Below, in pieces: positions 1 to 8,758 of a stretch of DNA of 32,153 nucleotides (the first letter of the stretch is position 1; each line of letters begins with the position of its first letter). Origin of the DNA: a virus; the UHGV virus genome UHGV-0053799; one strand, given 5' to 3'. Below the pieces are notes generated by a model. The model made no database searches, was not told the DNA's origin, and saw only the letters and a program-made list of their open reading frames with translations. Made by a program: the position numbers and the translations under genes.

Positions 1-49
1 CCATTTTAGTTAATTTATCCTTATAAAACAAACAGATAAATAATAAACA

Positions 50-1213
50 TCACTCATCATCTTCTGTTTCGTACTCCACATCAGAAAGCCTGACCTCAAG
101 CTCTAAGGACGTCGTGAAGCCGCTATTATTCAGAAAATGTGTCACCTTAGTGATTGTCCAGTCCTGCTCGTCTATGACGCGCTTAAAGCCTGACACTTTA
201 ACCGGTGTTTCCGTGTAAATATCTGCCCGACCGGTAGCCAGGCTGATGGAGAACTCCGCGACGCCCCGTTGCAGTTTGTCCCACTTTGCCTGAGCGGCGC
301 GCATGGCCTGCGCTTTTGTGGCATATACCGTAGTCAGGGCAAAAACGTTGTCAGCTTCACCGGCCATGTATTCACCTTCGCGCGCTTCCGGTACTTTTGG
401 CGCTTTCTTCTGCGTGACCGGTTTCGCTTTCGGGTGCTCCAGTGCGCGCAGGTGTTTTTCTTTCTTTTTGCGTTTCAGTTTTACCTTCTGCTTTTGAGGC
501 TTCGGGTCTTTGGTGTGTAACCACTTTGCCGTTACACCGGTGTAGGCTCCACGGTCAGCAATCGCAAAATGGTGACGGTCGCCATCGCTGCGGGTGATGG
601 TAATCTGCGGGATTTTTTTACCGCTGGCCGTCACCCCCTGCCCCGCTTTGAGAAACAGCAGTTTTCCCATTTTTACCGACACCTCACCGCCGTTGCGTTC
701 TGCAAGACGGGTCAGGAATTTCGCATCGGACTCCTGCGACTGGTCGATGTGCGGGATTTTAATTCCGGCCAGTGACGGAGCGATACTGGCTTCCAGCTTG
801 TTACGGGAGGCTATCGCCTCAACAATCGCACCGAGCGTGGTGTCATGCCAGGAGCCTTCACGGCGGGAATTGAGCGTCCCGCGAAAATCTGCACTCCGGG
901 CGCGGATGGTAACCACATCCGGCGCGCCCCGGTGTTCAACCTCATCAACGGTAAATTTCCCTTTGCATACCAGGGCAAAACCTTTCCAGCCGATATACAC
1001 CGTCAGGACAGCGCCACGAATCGGTAGCTCGACCTGCCCGTCGGCATCGTTCAGTTCAATATCAAGCTGGTCAGCCTCAAAGCCCCGGTTATCCGTCAGG
1101 GTCATGCTCATCAGACGGTCGCTGATATTGCCGGTAATATCCCTGCTGTCGAGCATCAGCATGTAATCCGGCGTCAGCGTACTGCCTGCATCAAATGTCA
1201 GCGCATCCAGCAT
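50..1213 (-). CDS. D: Tail protein D (late control gene D)
   Basis: 387-aa ORF (MLDALTFDAGSTL...) last in the FI-FII-E-T-U-D block; size and sequence fit P2 gpD as recalled. Confidence 0.9.
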   Translation of the reverse strand: MLDALTFDAGSTLTPDYMLMLDSRDITGNISDRLMSMTLTDNRGFEADQLDIELNDADGQVELPIRGAVLTVYIGWKGFALVCKGKFTVDEVEHRGAPDVVTIRARSADFRGTLNSRREGSWHDTTLGAIVEAIASRNKLEASIAPSLAGIKIPHIDQSQESDAKFLTRLAERNGGEVSVKMGKLLFLKAGQGVTASGKKIPQITITRSDGDRHHFAIADRGAYTGVTAKWLHTKDPKPQKQKVKLKRKKKEKHLRALEHPKAKPVTQKKAPKVPEAREGEYMAGEADNVFALTTVYATKAQAMRAAQAKWDKLQRGVAEFSISLATGRADIYTETPVKVSGFKRVIDEQDWTITKVTHFLNNSGFTTSLELEVRLSDVEYETEDDE

Positions 1214-1692
1214 TATCCCGCCCCCGTCATACCCGTGAATTTAGTCGCCATACTGCCAGCCTTACCGATGAGCGATTCCGCCTGTTTACCGATATCGCCA
1301 TAAAGCGCGGCCAGTGACTCATCAACGCGGGTGAGCGACAGCGTAAAATCAATTTTCCGTGGTGTGCCGTCTGCAAAGAAAATACTCCCTGTTTCACTCA
1401 CCTTGCTGATGACATACATGCCGTAAATCATGCCGGTGCCATCCAGCAACGGCCACGCCCGGCCTTCATCTGCCATCAGCCTGAGCGTGGTCATCGTCAG
1501 CTTGCCGCCGGTCAGTTCGGGATAAAGCACACCGGCCAGCGTCATGTTTTCCTCGCCAACGCCGAGAAACTGGTAGGCATCCCGTTTACCGATACGGGAA
1601 TTTGACGGCCAGCGATAATCTGATTCACGCTGCATGGTCTGGTGTGGCAGCGTCTGGCGCATAAAAACAAACATACCTAACGCGAGCATCAT
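1213..1692 (-). CDS. U: Tail protein U
   Basis: 159-aa ORF between T and D, 1-nt stop/start overlap with D; matches P2 gpU size and position. Confidence 0.9.
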   Translation of the reverse strand: MMLALGMFVFMRQTLPHQTMQRESDYRWPSNSRIGKRDAYQFLGVGEENMTLAGVLYPELTGGKLTMTTLRLMADEGRAWPLLDGTGMIYGMYVISKVSETGSIFFADGTPRKIDFTLSLTRVDESLAALYGDIGKQAESLIGKAGSMATKFTGMTGAG

Positions 1693-1706
1693 TTTTCGTC
1701 ACCTCC

Positions 1707-4154
1707 TTAACCGTCATGCATCATGCTGGCACGGGCACGCGCACGTTTATCCCGCTCGTATTTTTCGAGCGCATCCTGTAACTGGCGGTCAAGCTGTGTC
1801 CCCGGCGCAGTACCACCCGTCAGGCTGATGTGATATTCGTTTTTACTCTGGTCCACATAAGAGCGGCCAGCCGGTGCCGTGACCGGCTGATAAGCCTGAT
1901 AGCCTGCATAAGAGCTGGTCGCCGGAATATAACCACCGGTGCCATACGTGGCGGCATGAGTTCTGGCGGCGGTCTGGTCAAGTGTGTCTGACTCTTTGTT
2001 GATGACCCCGAGCTTTTCCAGTACCCAGTCAATACCGCTGCGCAGTTTGTTGAACACATTAAGCGGCAGCATCAGCGCGTCAGCCAGTGCCTGCCCGAAC
2101 ATGACGCCCGTGTCACGGCAACGGCTCAGGGTGTCCTGTGTGGCTTTAACCGGGGCAATCAGGTTTTTAAACCACTGCCACGCGGCCTGTAACTTTTCGC
2201 CCAGCCAGTCAAACACCGGCTTCAGTGGCGTGAACAGCTCCCCCACCGGCGCAAATGCCGCTTTCAGCCCTTCCACCACACCGCCAAAGAATGCGCTGAC
2301 AGGCTCCCAGTATTTACGGATAAGCAACGCCCCGGCGACAATGGCGGCCACCACAGCCACAACCGGCCAGCTAATCGCCCCGATGGCCGTCATAACAGCA
2401 CTGCCAACCGTCGTGAAGATTGCCCCCATTGCGCCTGCTGCCGCGATAATGGCATTGATGCCGGTGATAACCGGCCAGGCGACAAGACCAATGGCACCGA
2501 TGATGCCAGTAAGCGCCAGCGCGCCACCGACAATGAGGCCGATGGTTGACGCCAGTGATTTGTTTTTCTGGATCCAGCCGTCGAGTTTTAACACATACTT
2601 TGTGGCCGTCTGCGTGAGCTTACGCAGTGCGCCTTCCTGCTGGTCAAACAGGTCTGTCCCCACCGCCTCATAAGCGGACTGAAACTCCTTAAAGTCACCG
2701 CCGAGGTTATCCTGCATGATTTTAACCAGTTCTTCCGTTTTACCGTCCGAGGCTTTCAGCGTGGCGGTCAGCTTATCCAGTTTTCCGCTTGCTGCCGCTG
2801 CCAGTAAAACGTTCGCTGATTTCAGGGCTTCCTCACCAAAAATGGTTTTAAGGTATTCCCCCTTCTGAGACGTTCCCAGCTTATGCTTATCAAAGCTGGC
2901 CTGAATCTCTTTCAGAATGGTGAACAACGGACGCATATTTCCCTTTTTGTCCGAGGTTTTAACGTCAAGCTCTTTGAGTGCATCCCATGCTTTTCCCGTC
3001 GGTGCCTGTAATCGGGTGACAACGGCACTGCTACCCGTACCCGCCATTGACCCCCTGATGTTATTGTCATGCAGCACACCTGTCATGGCCGCTGCCTGCT
3101 CAAGACTTACACCTGCCGTCCTCGCAACCGGGCCGAGGTAAGTCAGTGCATCACTGAGTCCCTGAAAATCAGCCGCCGACTTATTCATCGTTGCCGACAA
3201 CACGTCGCCCACATGGCTGACATCATCATTTGACAGTTGAAAGGATGCCTTAGTCCCCAGCAACAATTGCGCGTTTTCTTCCATCGACCGCTGATTCGCC
3301 AGTGCCATATTCAGCGTGACCGGCGTTGCCGCCTGAATAGCCGCAGCATCCCCACCGGCTTTCGCAATGATAATCTGTGCACCGGCTGCATCATCTGCCG
3401 AGGCGGCTGTGTTGTCGCCGAGCTGGCGCGCCTGCTTGCGTAGTGCAGCCATTTCGGCAGAGTCTTTTGCCACTCCGAGCACGGCCTGCAATTCTGAGTT
3501 TTTCTGCGCAAACTCATAACCGGGCATCAGTAGCTTAACTCCGGCCATTGTTCCCGCAGCAGCAATCCCCACACCGGCAGCGCCCACTGAGGCCATATTT
3601 CCGGCCAGTTCCTTGCCTACCTGATAACGCTGTTTTACTGCGTTAAGTTTTGCCTGTTGCGCACTGACACGCGCCAGCGCGTCACGCTGTCGGTTAAGCT
3701 GTGCAGTGGTTTCACTGATACGGTTTTTCAGCCCCTGCTCATCATGTGCAAGATTGCGGGTATTAATTCCCACAGCGGCCAGTTCCCGCTGTTGGCGTTT
3801 AACGGAATCCGTCAGGCGGTTATATTTCGCCTGTAAGTCCTCCGCCGCACGCTTTGCGGATTCCAGCACTTTCGCCTGAGCACGGGTCGGACGTTCGGTG
3901 TTTTTAAACTGTGTGGCAAGGGCTTCGGCTTCCTGCCGAGCCTTTTCAAGTGCATGACCAGTCACGGCGAGCTGTGCACTGGTCTTGCGGAATCCCTCAA
4001 TACGGGATGCGTGACCGTTCAGCTCGCGCAGTGATTTTTGTGTTTCCCGGATATCCCCCGACAGCGATTTGCTCGCTGTACGGATGGATTTAAACGGGCG
4101 GGATGCCTGGTCAACAGCCCTGAGCAATACCTGTAATTTTACATTGTTACTCAT
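1707..4154 (-). CDS. T: Tail tape measure protein
   Basis: 815-aa ORF, Ala/Gln-rich coiled-coil N-terminal half and Gly/Ala-rich hydrophobic segment; directly downstream of E/E'. Confidence 0.9.
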   Translation of the reverse strand: MSNNVKLQVLLRAVDQASRPFKSIRTASKSLSGDIRETQKSLRELNGHASRIEGFRKTSAQLAVTGHALEKARQEAEALATQFKNTERPTRAQAKVLESAKRAAEDLQAKYNRLTDSVKRQQRELAAVGINTRNLAHDEQGLKNRISETTAQLNRQRDALARVSAQQAKLNAVKQRYQVGKELAGNMASVGAAGVGIAAAGTMAGVKLLMPGYEFAQKNSELQAVLGVAKDSAEMAALRKQARQLGDNTAASADDAAGAQIIIAKAGGDAAAIQAATPVTLNMALANQRSMEENAQLLLGTKASFQLSNDDVSHVGDVLSATMNKSAADFQGLSDALTYLGPVARTAGVSLEQAAAMTGVLHDNNIRGSMAGTGSSAVVTRLQAPTGKAWDALKELDVKTSDKKGNMRPLFTILKEIQASFDKHKLGTSQKGEYLKTIFGEEALKSANVLLAAAASGKLDKLTATLKASDGKTEELVKIMQDNLGGDFKEFQSAYEAVGTDLFDQQEGALRKLTQTATKYVLKLDGWIQKNKSLASTIGLIVGGALALTGIIGAIGLVAWPVITGINAIIAAAGAMGAIFTTVGSAVMTAIGAISWPVVAVVAAIVAGALLIRKYWEPVSAFFGGVVEGLKAAFAPVGELFTPLKPVFDWLGEKLQAAWQWFKNLIAPVKATQDTLSRCRDTGVMFGQALADALMLPLNVFNKLRSGIDWVLEKLGVINKESDTLDQTAARTHAATYGTGGYIPATSSYAGYQAYQPVTAPAGRSYVDQSKNEYHISLTGGTAPGTQLDRQLQDALEKYERDKRARARASMMHDG

Positions 4155-4574
4155 TCGTGTTTCCGCTTCGCCGGAGCGCCTTTTCGCGCCATGTGATGAG
4201 TTCGGTCAGGCTCATGGGATACAGTTCTGATGGCGGCCAGTGAAATATCACTGCCACATCCGCCATCAGGTCATCGACCGAGAGATTTTTTGGAAACGTC
4301 ACTGCACCGAGTTCGGCGACAAAAAACCAACCACCTTACCTGCCAGCGCCACAAGGTCAGGCAGTTCCAGCGCGGCGACCTCCTGCTCGGTCAGCATCGG
4401 TGCCGTCATGCGTGGCAGCACTTTAATCAGTGCATCGACTTCGGAGTTTGCGACCGCAGCCAGACTGACACCGCGCAGCGTCCCGGCATTGGGTTTCATC
4501 AGCGTGACCTGTTCGATAACCTGCTCACCACGCTTGACCGGATTGTCCAGGGTAATCACATTTTCTTTGTTCAT
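4147..4574 (-). CDS. E+E': Tail assembly chaperone E+E' (-1 frameshift product)
   Basis: After a -1 slip at TTTTTTG (minus strand, 4326..4320) the reading frame continues ...FFVAELGAVTFPKNLSVDDLMADVAVIFHWPPSELYPMSLTELITWREKALRRSGNTNE and ends at TAA 4149..4147, overlapping the T start codon (4154..4152). Translated by hand. Confidence 0.7.
4299..4574 (-). CDS. E: Tail assembly chaperone E
   Basis: 91-aa ORF (MNKENVITLDNPVKRGEQV...) with RBS; contains the slippery heptamer T-TTT-TTG near its 3' end. Confidence 0.85.
   Translation of the reverse strand: MNKENVITLDNPVKRGEQVIEQVTLMKPNAGTLRGVSLAAVANSEVDALIKVLPRMTAPMLTEQEVAALELPDLVALAGKVVGFLSPNSVQ
4321..4327 (-). promoter_or_regulatory. Programmed -1 ribosomal frameshift slippery site (minus strand T-TTT-TTG at 4326..4320)
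   Basis: Plus strand reads cgac-aaaaaa-cc at 4317-4328; the heptamer sits 8 codons before the E stop and opens a 57-codon extension. Confidence 0.7.
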
Positions 4575-4630
4575 GGTTTTCTCACTTATGAATCGGGGTT
4601 AACCGGTCAGCCTGGCTGACCGGATGAAAA

Positions 4631-5149
4631 TCACAGGCCGATATTGCGGCGGTGTTGCTCCAGCCGGTCGACGCCGTTCACCTTCTCAATCATGTTGATG
4701 GTGTCGATTTCGACCAGCTCCTTACCGTCCATCGTCAGCCGGAAATAAGTGCAGACCACGGAGATTTTCGACTCGGTGTCTTCTCCCTGTTTACCCTCGC
4801 CGGTGTCGATTTCTTTCTGACGTCCACGCATGACCACTTCAACGGCTACCGTTTCGCCGGTATCGTCGCGCTGGTAAGAGCCTGCAAAACGAATCGGTAC
4901 GGCATCCACGCCGGTTGCGGCGTAAAGCTCCCAGATAACCGAATCCGGGAAGCCACCGAGCGACCACTCCATTGACAGCGCATCGTCATCAAGGCCGAGG
5001 TCTACCGGTGCGCTGCCGTTCATCCCCGCACCGCGATAGTTTTCGAGCTTACGGGTCAGTTTTGGCAGCGTGACGGACTTTGCAACGCCCTGATAGCTGT
5101 AGCCGTTCAGAAAGACGTTCATTAACTTGAGTTTGCGCGGCATTGCCAT
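4631..5149 (-). CDS. FII: Tail tube protein FII
   Basis: 172-aa ORF between FI and E; fits P2 gpFII in size and sequence. Confidence 0.9.
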   Translation of the reverse strand: MAMPRKLKLMNVFLNGYSYQGVAKSVTLPKLTRKLENYRGAGMNGSAPVDLGLDDDALSMEWSLGGFPDSVIWELYAATGVDAVPIRFAGSYQRDDTGETVAVEVVMRGRQKEIDTGEGKQGEDTESKISVVCTYFRLTMDGKELVEIDTINMIEKVNGVDRLEQHRRNIGL

Positions 5150-5161
5150 CGGTCAGGCTCC

Positions 5162-6352
5162 TTAATTGCTGTTAACCGAGGTGACCAGATTTGCCAGGTA
5201 TTTATCGGTAATACGCTGGCGCAGGGTCAGGTTTTCGAGAGGAGGCACCGGTGTATAGTCGTAGTCGATATACAGTTTTCCGGCCTTAAGGGTTTCCGCA
5301 TCGTTGGATTCTTCGCTGAACCAGCAGGTCGCATCCACGATATAGCCGTTTGTTTTCAGCTCACGAAATTTGGCATTGATGCCGTCAACGATGTCGCGAA
5401 TCAGCGTTGCGGTGATGGGCTTATCCACCGCCCACATGTGCGCCTCAGCCATCGTGTCGGCCAACACCTGCGCGGTGCGGGTGTAGTTTTCAAAGAGGAA
5501 CAGCGGGTCATCGGAGCAGGTACGGTTACCCCAGAATCGGAAACCGTCGCGGCGAATCAGCGTTGTGACGCCAGACTCGTTAAGCAGGTCAGCATCGGTA
5601 CCGGACTCCTGCAAATCCCAGAATACGGACGCGCTGATGCCGGTAACACCGTTTACCCCGACGTTGGACAGCGTTTTATGCCAGCCCTGCTCCTGGTCGA
5701 TTTTGGCACGCAGACCCAGCGCACGGGCGGTGGCATACGCGGTGGCGGTGGTACTGTTGACTGTATCCCATGCGAGGAAATCCGGCCAGATGACCATCAG
5801 CTCACGCTGGCTGAAATTCTGGCGGTAGGCTTTCACCTCGGAAATGGTTTTACAGCCCCATGCGCTGATATACCCGAAAGCGCGCAGCTTCTGACAGACT
5901 GATGCCAGTGCAACAGCCACCTCTTTGGTATCCAGCCCCGGCACACCAAGAATACGCGGTTTAACACCGGTTACCGACTCCGCCGCCAGCAGGGCTTTCA
6001 GTCCGGTGTACTGACCGTTTTCGTCGGTGGTGCCGATGATATTGGAAACGGTCTGCGCGAGTTTCGTTTCTTCGTCATCGCCGGTGCCGTCTTCCACGCG
6101 CACGACAACGGTGACCGGTTTTGACTGGTCGGCGATGGCCTGCAACGATGCCGCCAGCGTGCCTTTTTTACCGGCCTTTGCAATTGCGCTCTGCACATTG
6201 GTAATCAGCACAGGTTTATTGAGGGGGAAGGTTTCCGCATCCGCATCGCTGGCCGTGCAGACCATGCCGACAATGGCCGTGGATACGGTGGAAATGACGC
6301 GGGTGCCGTCGTTAATCTCCAGCACCTGCACGCCGTGATGATAGTCACTCAT
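5162..6352 (-). CDS. FI: Contractile tail sheath protein FI
   Basis: 396-aa ORF (MSDYHHGVQVLEINDGTRV...), GGAG RBS 8 nt upstream of ATG; first gene of the F operon. Confidence 0.9.
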   Translation of the reverse strand: MSDYHHGVQVLEINDGTRVISTVSTAIVGMVCTASDADAETFPLNKPVLITNVQSAIAKAGKKGTLAASLQAIADQSKPVTVVVRVEDGTGDDEETKLAQTVSNIIGTTDENGQYTGLKALLAAESVTGVKPRILGVPGLDTKEVAVALASVCQKLRAFGYISAWGCKTISEVKAYRQNFSQRELMVIWPDFLAWDTVNSTTATAYATARALGLRAKIDQEQGWHKTLSNVGVNGVTGISASVFWDLQESGTDADLLNESGVTTLIRRDGFRFWGNRTCSDDPLFLFENYTRTAQVLADTMAEAHMWAVDKPITATLIRDIVDGINAKFRELKTNGYIVDATCWFSEESNDAETLKAGKLYIDYDYTPVPPLENLTLRQRITDKYLANLVTSVNSN

Positions 6353-6440
6353 CCGTTTAACTCCGTGGTTAATGGGTGCAACTATTTTCCGTTGGGCAGA
6401 GCATGAGACGCTATTTGACCTGGCTGGTCAGTGGATGAAA

Positions 6441-6475
6441 CAACAGATAAAGAAAAGGCGGGCAATTCACCCGCC
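6441..6475 (-). terminator. Rho-independent terminator (minus strand)
   Basis: Stem GGCGGG (6457-6462) / CCCGCC (6470-6475), 7-nt loop, followed on the minus strand by TTTTCTTTATCTG. Confidence 0.6.
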
Positions 6476-6785
6476 AGTCCTGATTTGTACTCACTCATTT
6501 TCCGACTGACAATTTACTTAGCCCAAAAGCTATCAAATCTGACAGTCTGCTTTGAGCGAGGAGCGGACATTGCTAACAGCGTTTTATGTGAATTAACAGG
6601 GAGTAGGTCAACGTAGCGCTAGTGGAGTGTATTCTGGCTTAAAGTGTGGAGCAGTTGTCAGATTCAATGCTCATTGCAAAAAATTGTGTTCTAAAGAGGG
6701 CTGTTATATGTTATAGGTTGTTAAGTACCATCGGTGTAAAATACACTTAGAAGTGTCAAACAAGATCGTTCAAAAGGAAGACAAA

Positions 6786-7043
6786 ATGAATAACCAGCAG
6801 TTTAGGGATTTTTTGCGCAAAAATGCACATATTGTGGATTCCAATTGGAATCCAACAGATGCACAGCTAGATGAAATCAGAGCAGCAATACAGAGAGAAC
6901 TAGATCTAGGTAATAAGATAAACTATAGCTGCCTTCAACATATCATTATTCGCATTACTGGCACTACTAGGGTAATGATATTTGATAGCGTTGATAATAG
7001 TGATTTAAACATGCTATTAACTGCAGCAACAAAAAAGAGTTAA
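6786..7043 (+). CDS. Hypothetical small protein (cargo, first gene of a two-gene cassette)
   Basis: ATG at 6786 preceded by AAGGAAG (6774-6780); 85 aa, no TM segment; AT-rich; the track ORF from 6753 begins with GTG and lacks an RBS. Confidence 0.55.
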   Translation: MNNQQFRDFLRKNAHIVDSNWNPTDAQLDEIRAAIQRELDLGNKINYSCLQHIIIRITGTTRVMIFDSVDNSDLNMLLTAATKKS

Positions 7044-7046
7044 TAA

Positions 7047-7748
7047 ATGGAAAATTTGGAAGAAAAGCTTTCTGCGAAGAAAGCTTTGTTTATTTCATCT
7101 GTAAGAAAATTTCTCTCGTCTAAAAACAGAGATAATTTCATAGATTGCATGATCAATGGTACCGCCTATTTCAATGAGGCAGAAAAAATGGTGGGTAATA
7201 GTAAGCTACAAGGTAAGCACAACGATGGTTTATGGGTAACTGACTTAGCCGAGTCTTGTGAGGCAATACTTGACTCTTATCTTCTGCATATTGAATTTAT
7301 CAAGTCACACCATGAAGACATGATGGGTGAAAGTTATAAGAAACCAAACCTGCATGCCCTTTCCAGTATGCAAAGAATGGTGAAGATGTATTGTCAGAAA
7401 GAATCATCCAGTCACCTGAGAGAAAGATTCTTAAAAGCTAACTTACCAACAAAGGGTTTTGACGTGGCTCACAGAGACGATATTGATACTGCAAATAAAT
7501 ATATAACATTAGGTATTGGGTCAGTATTAGTTATAATGTCATTTGCTTTTGCAATGTTCATGGATAATCCTTCGTATTTTAAAATCTTTATAATAAGATC
7601 AACTTTTGCTGTTGGCTGTGCAGCCTTGGCCTCATTTGTTCCTGGATGGATAAACGTTAACGTAAAAGGGTATGTAAAAGCAGGAGGAGCCATTGCTATT
7701 ATTTTAATATTTTATTTCTTTAACCCCCCTGCAATGCTGATTGGCTAA
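7047..7748 (+). CDS. Hypothetical membrane protein: soluble N-terminal domain (~155 aa) + C-terminal 2-3 TM helices (cargo)
   Basis: 233-aa ORF starting 3 nt after the upstream stop; hydrophobic stretches YITLGIGSVLVIMSFAFAMF, FAVGCAALASFVPGWI, AGGAIAIILIFYFF; a 60-nt sample has 28% G+C. Confidence 0.6.
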   Translation: MENLEEKLSAKKALFISSVRKFLSSKNRDNFIDCMINGTAYFNEAEKMVGNSKLQGKHNDGLWVTDLAESCEAILDSYLLHIEFIKSHHEDMMGESYKKPNLHALSSMQRMVKMYCQKESSSHLRERFLKANLPTKGFDVAHRDDIDTANKYITLGIGSVLVIMSFAFAMFMDNPSYFKIFIIRSTFAVGCAALASFVPGWINVNVKGYVKAGGAIAIILIFYFFNPPAMLIG

Positions 7749-7790
7749 ATTCCCTCCTAAATATGTTCTCCTGCTTATTCCTAATTCAAT

Positions 7791-7832
7791 CCATGGAGAA
7801 TTTAAATTCTGCCCTCCACCTCCATGGTTTTT
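7791..7832 (+). terminator. Putative intrinsic terminator of the cargo cassette
   Basis: CCATGGAG (7791-7798) / CTCCATGG (7820-7827) followed by TTTTT (7828-7832); the 21-nt loop makes it atypical. Confidence 0.35.
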
Positions 7833-8227
7833 CGTCCCCCTGTAAAATTGAATTTTTGAAGTATGTATTTTTCTGAGAAAATTAAAAAATCCAGCTCAAC
7901 TGAAATTGTACATCATCTATTTGGATATAGTTTTTGTTATACCAAAATATTCCTTTTCATCGCGAGGTAAAGATAACTGCAAATTGTAAGCACTAGAACG
8001 TTCATAGCAGACTTCCAACCACTGCTCGCTCTCAGTCCAGCCTTGATGGATCGCGCAATATGCCCACTTGCGTCTTTTCGAACGATGCGCAGTTGCGGCC
8101 CAATGCATACCAAGGGCTTGTGACGAGCGTTAACGTTCAAACGTCTGCTCTTGGCACAGAGCGAACTGTCAGATTAGTTTTTACTCTGTGCCATAGATGT
8201 ATAAACTCACATCAGAGCTTATACAAT

Positions 8228-8755
8228 TTATTGCGGTATTTCCGGCCATTCAGGATTTGCAGGATCCACACGACTGACCAGAACGCTGTAGCGTTCCCAT
8301 GCTTCCAGTCGGCTACGCTCCTCATCTGTTGCCATGTTCAGTCTGACCGCGCGCTCCAGCGGCAAAATCACGGATTCAGCATCTGCAAGAAGTCTGGCTT
8401 TCCGAATTTCTGCCTGCTGCTGCAATTCCTCTGCCGTATAAATGCGTTTAGTCACTGTGCCGTCCTTAAACATCCAGTTCCCTGAAATGTCCGCCCGTCG
8501 GTTAGCAGTAATATCCGGCACTTCAACAACACTTAATCCATCCGGTCTGATAGCTGTCACATCCTTTTCCACATAGCGGATGATATTATCTTTGTCGTAC
8601 GCTATTTTTATCGTGTCATCAGCAAAATACTTTTGTTCTTCGTACCAGTTCTTACCATCTTCTGTAAAAAACCAGACAACATCAAACTCCTTTGTCAATT
8701 GATATTGTTCAACCGTTTTTGGATTACCTGCCGTTATATTTATCAAATGCTGCAT
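8228..8755 (-). CDS. G: Tail fiber assembly protein G
   Basis: 175-aa ORF immediately downstream of H; N-terminus [19 protein letters not shown] resembles P2 gpG. Confidence 0.85.
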   Translation of the reverse strand: MQHLINITAGNPKTVEQYQLTKEFDVVWFFTEDGKNWYEEQKYFADDTIKIAYDKDNIIRYVEKDVTAIRPDGLSVVEVPDITANRRADISGNWMFKDGTVTKRIYTAEELQQQAEIRKARLLADAESVILPLERAVRLNMATDEERSRLEAWERYSVLVSRVDPANPEWPEIPQ

Positions 8756-8758
8756 AAA

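Noticed and set aside
1-49. Possible ogr start (minus-strand ATG at 4..2) at the left edge
   Set aside because: The gene body would lie outside the window, so it cannot be evaluated.
1984-2673. 229-aa plus-strand ORF
   Set aside because: Lies entirely antisense within the tape-measure gene T; a low-complexity frame typical of spurious ORFs opposite GC-rich genes.
7917-8140. Overlapping 63-aa and 67-aa minus-strand ORFs between the cargo cassette and G
   Set aside because: No recognisable RBS, mutually overlapping frames, no recognisable motif; treated as non-coding spacer or gene remnant.
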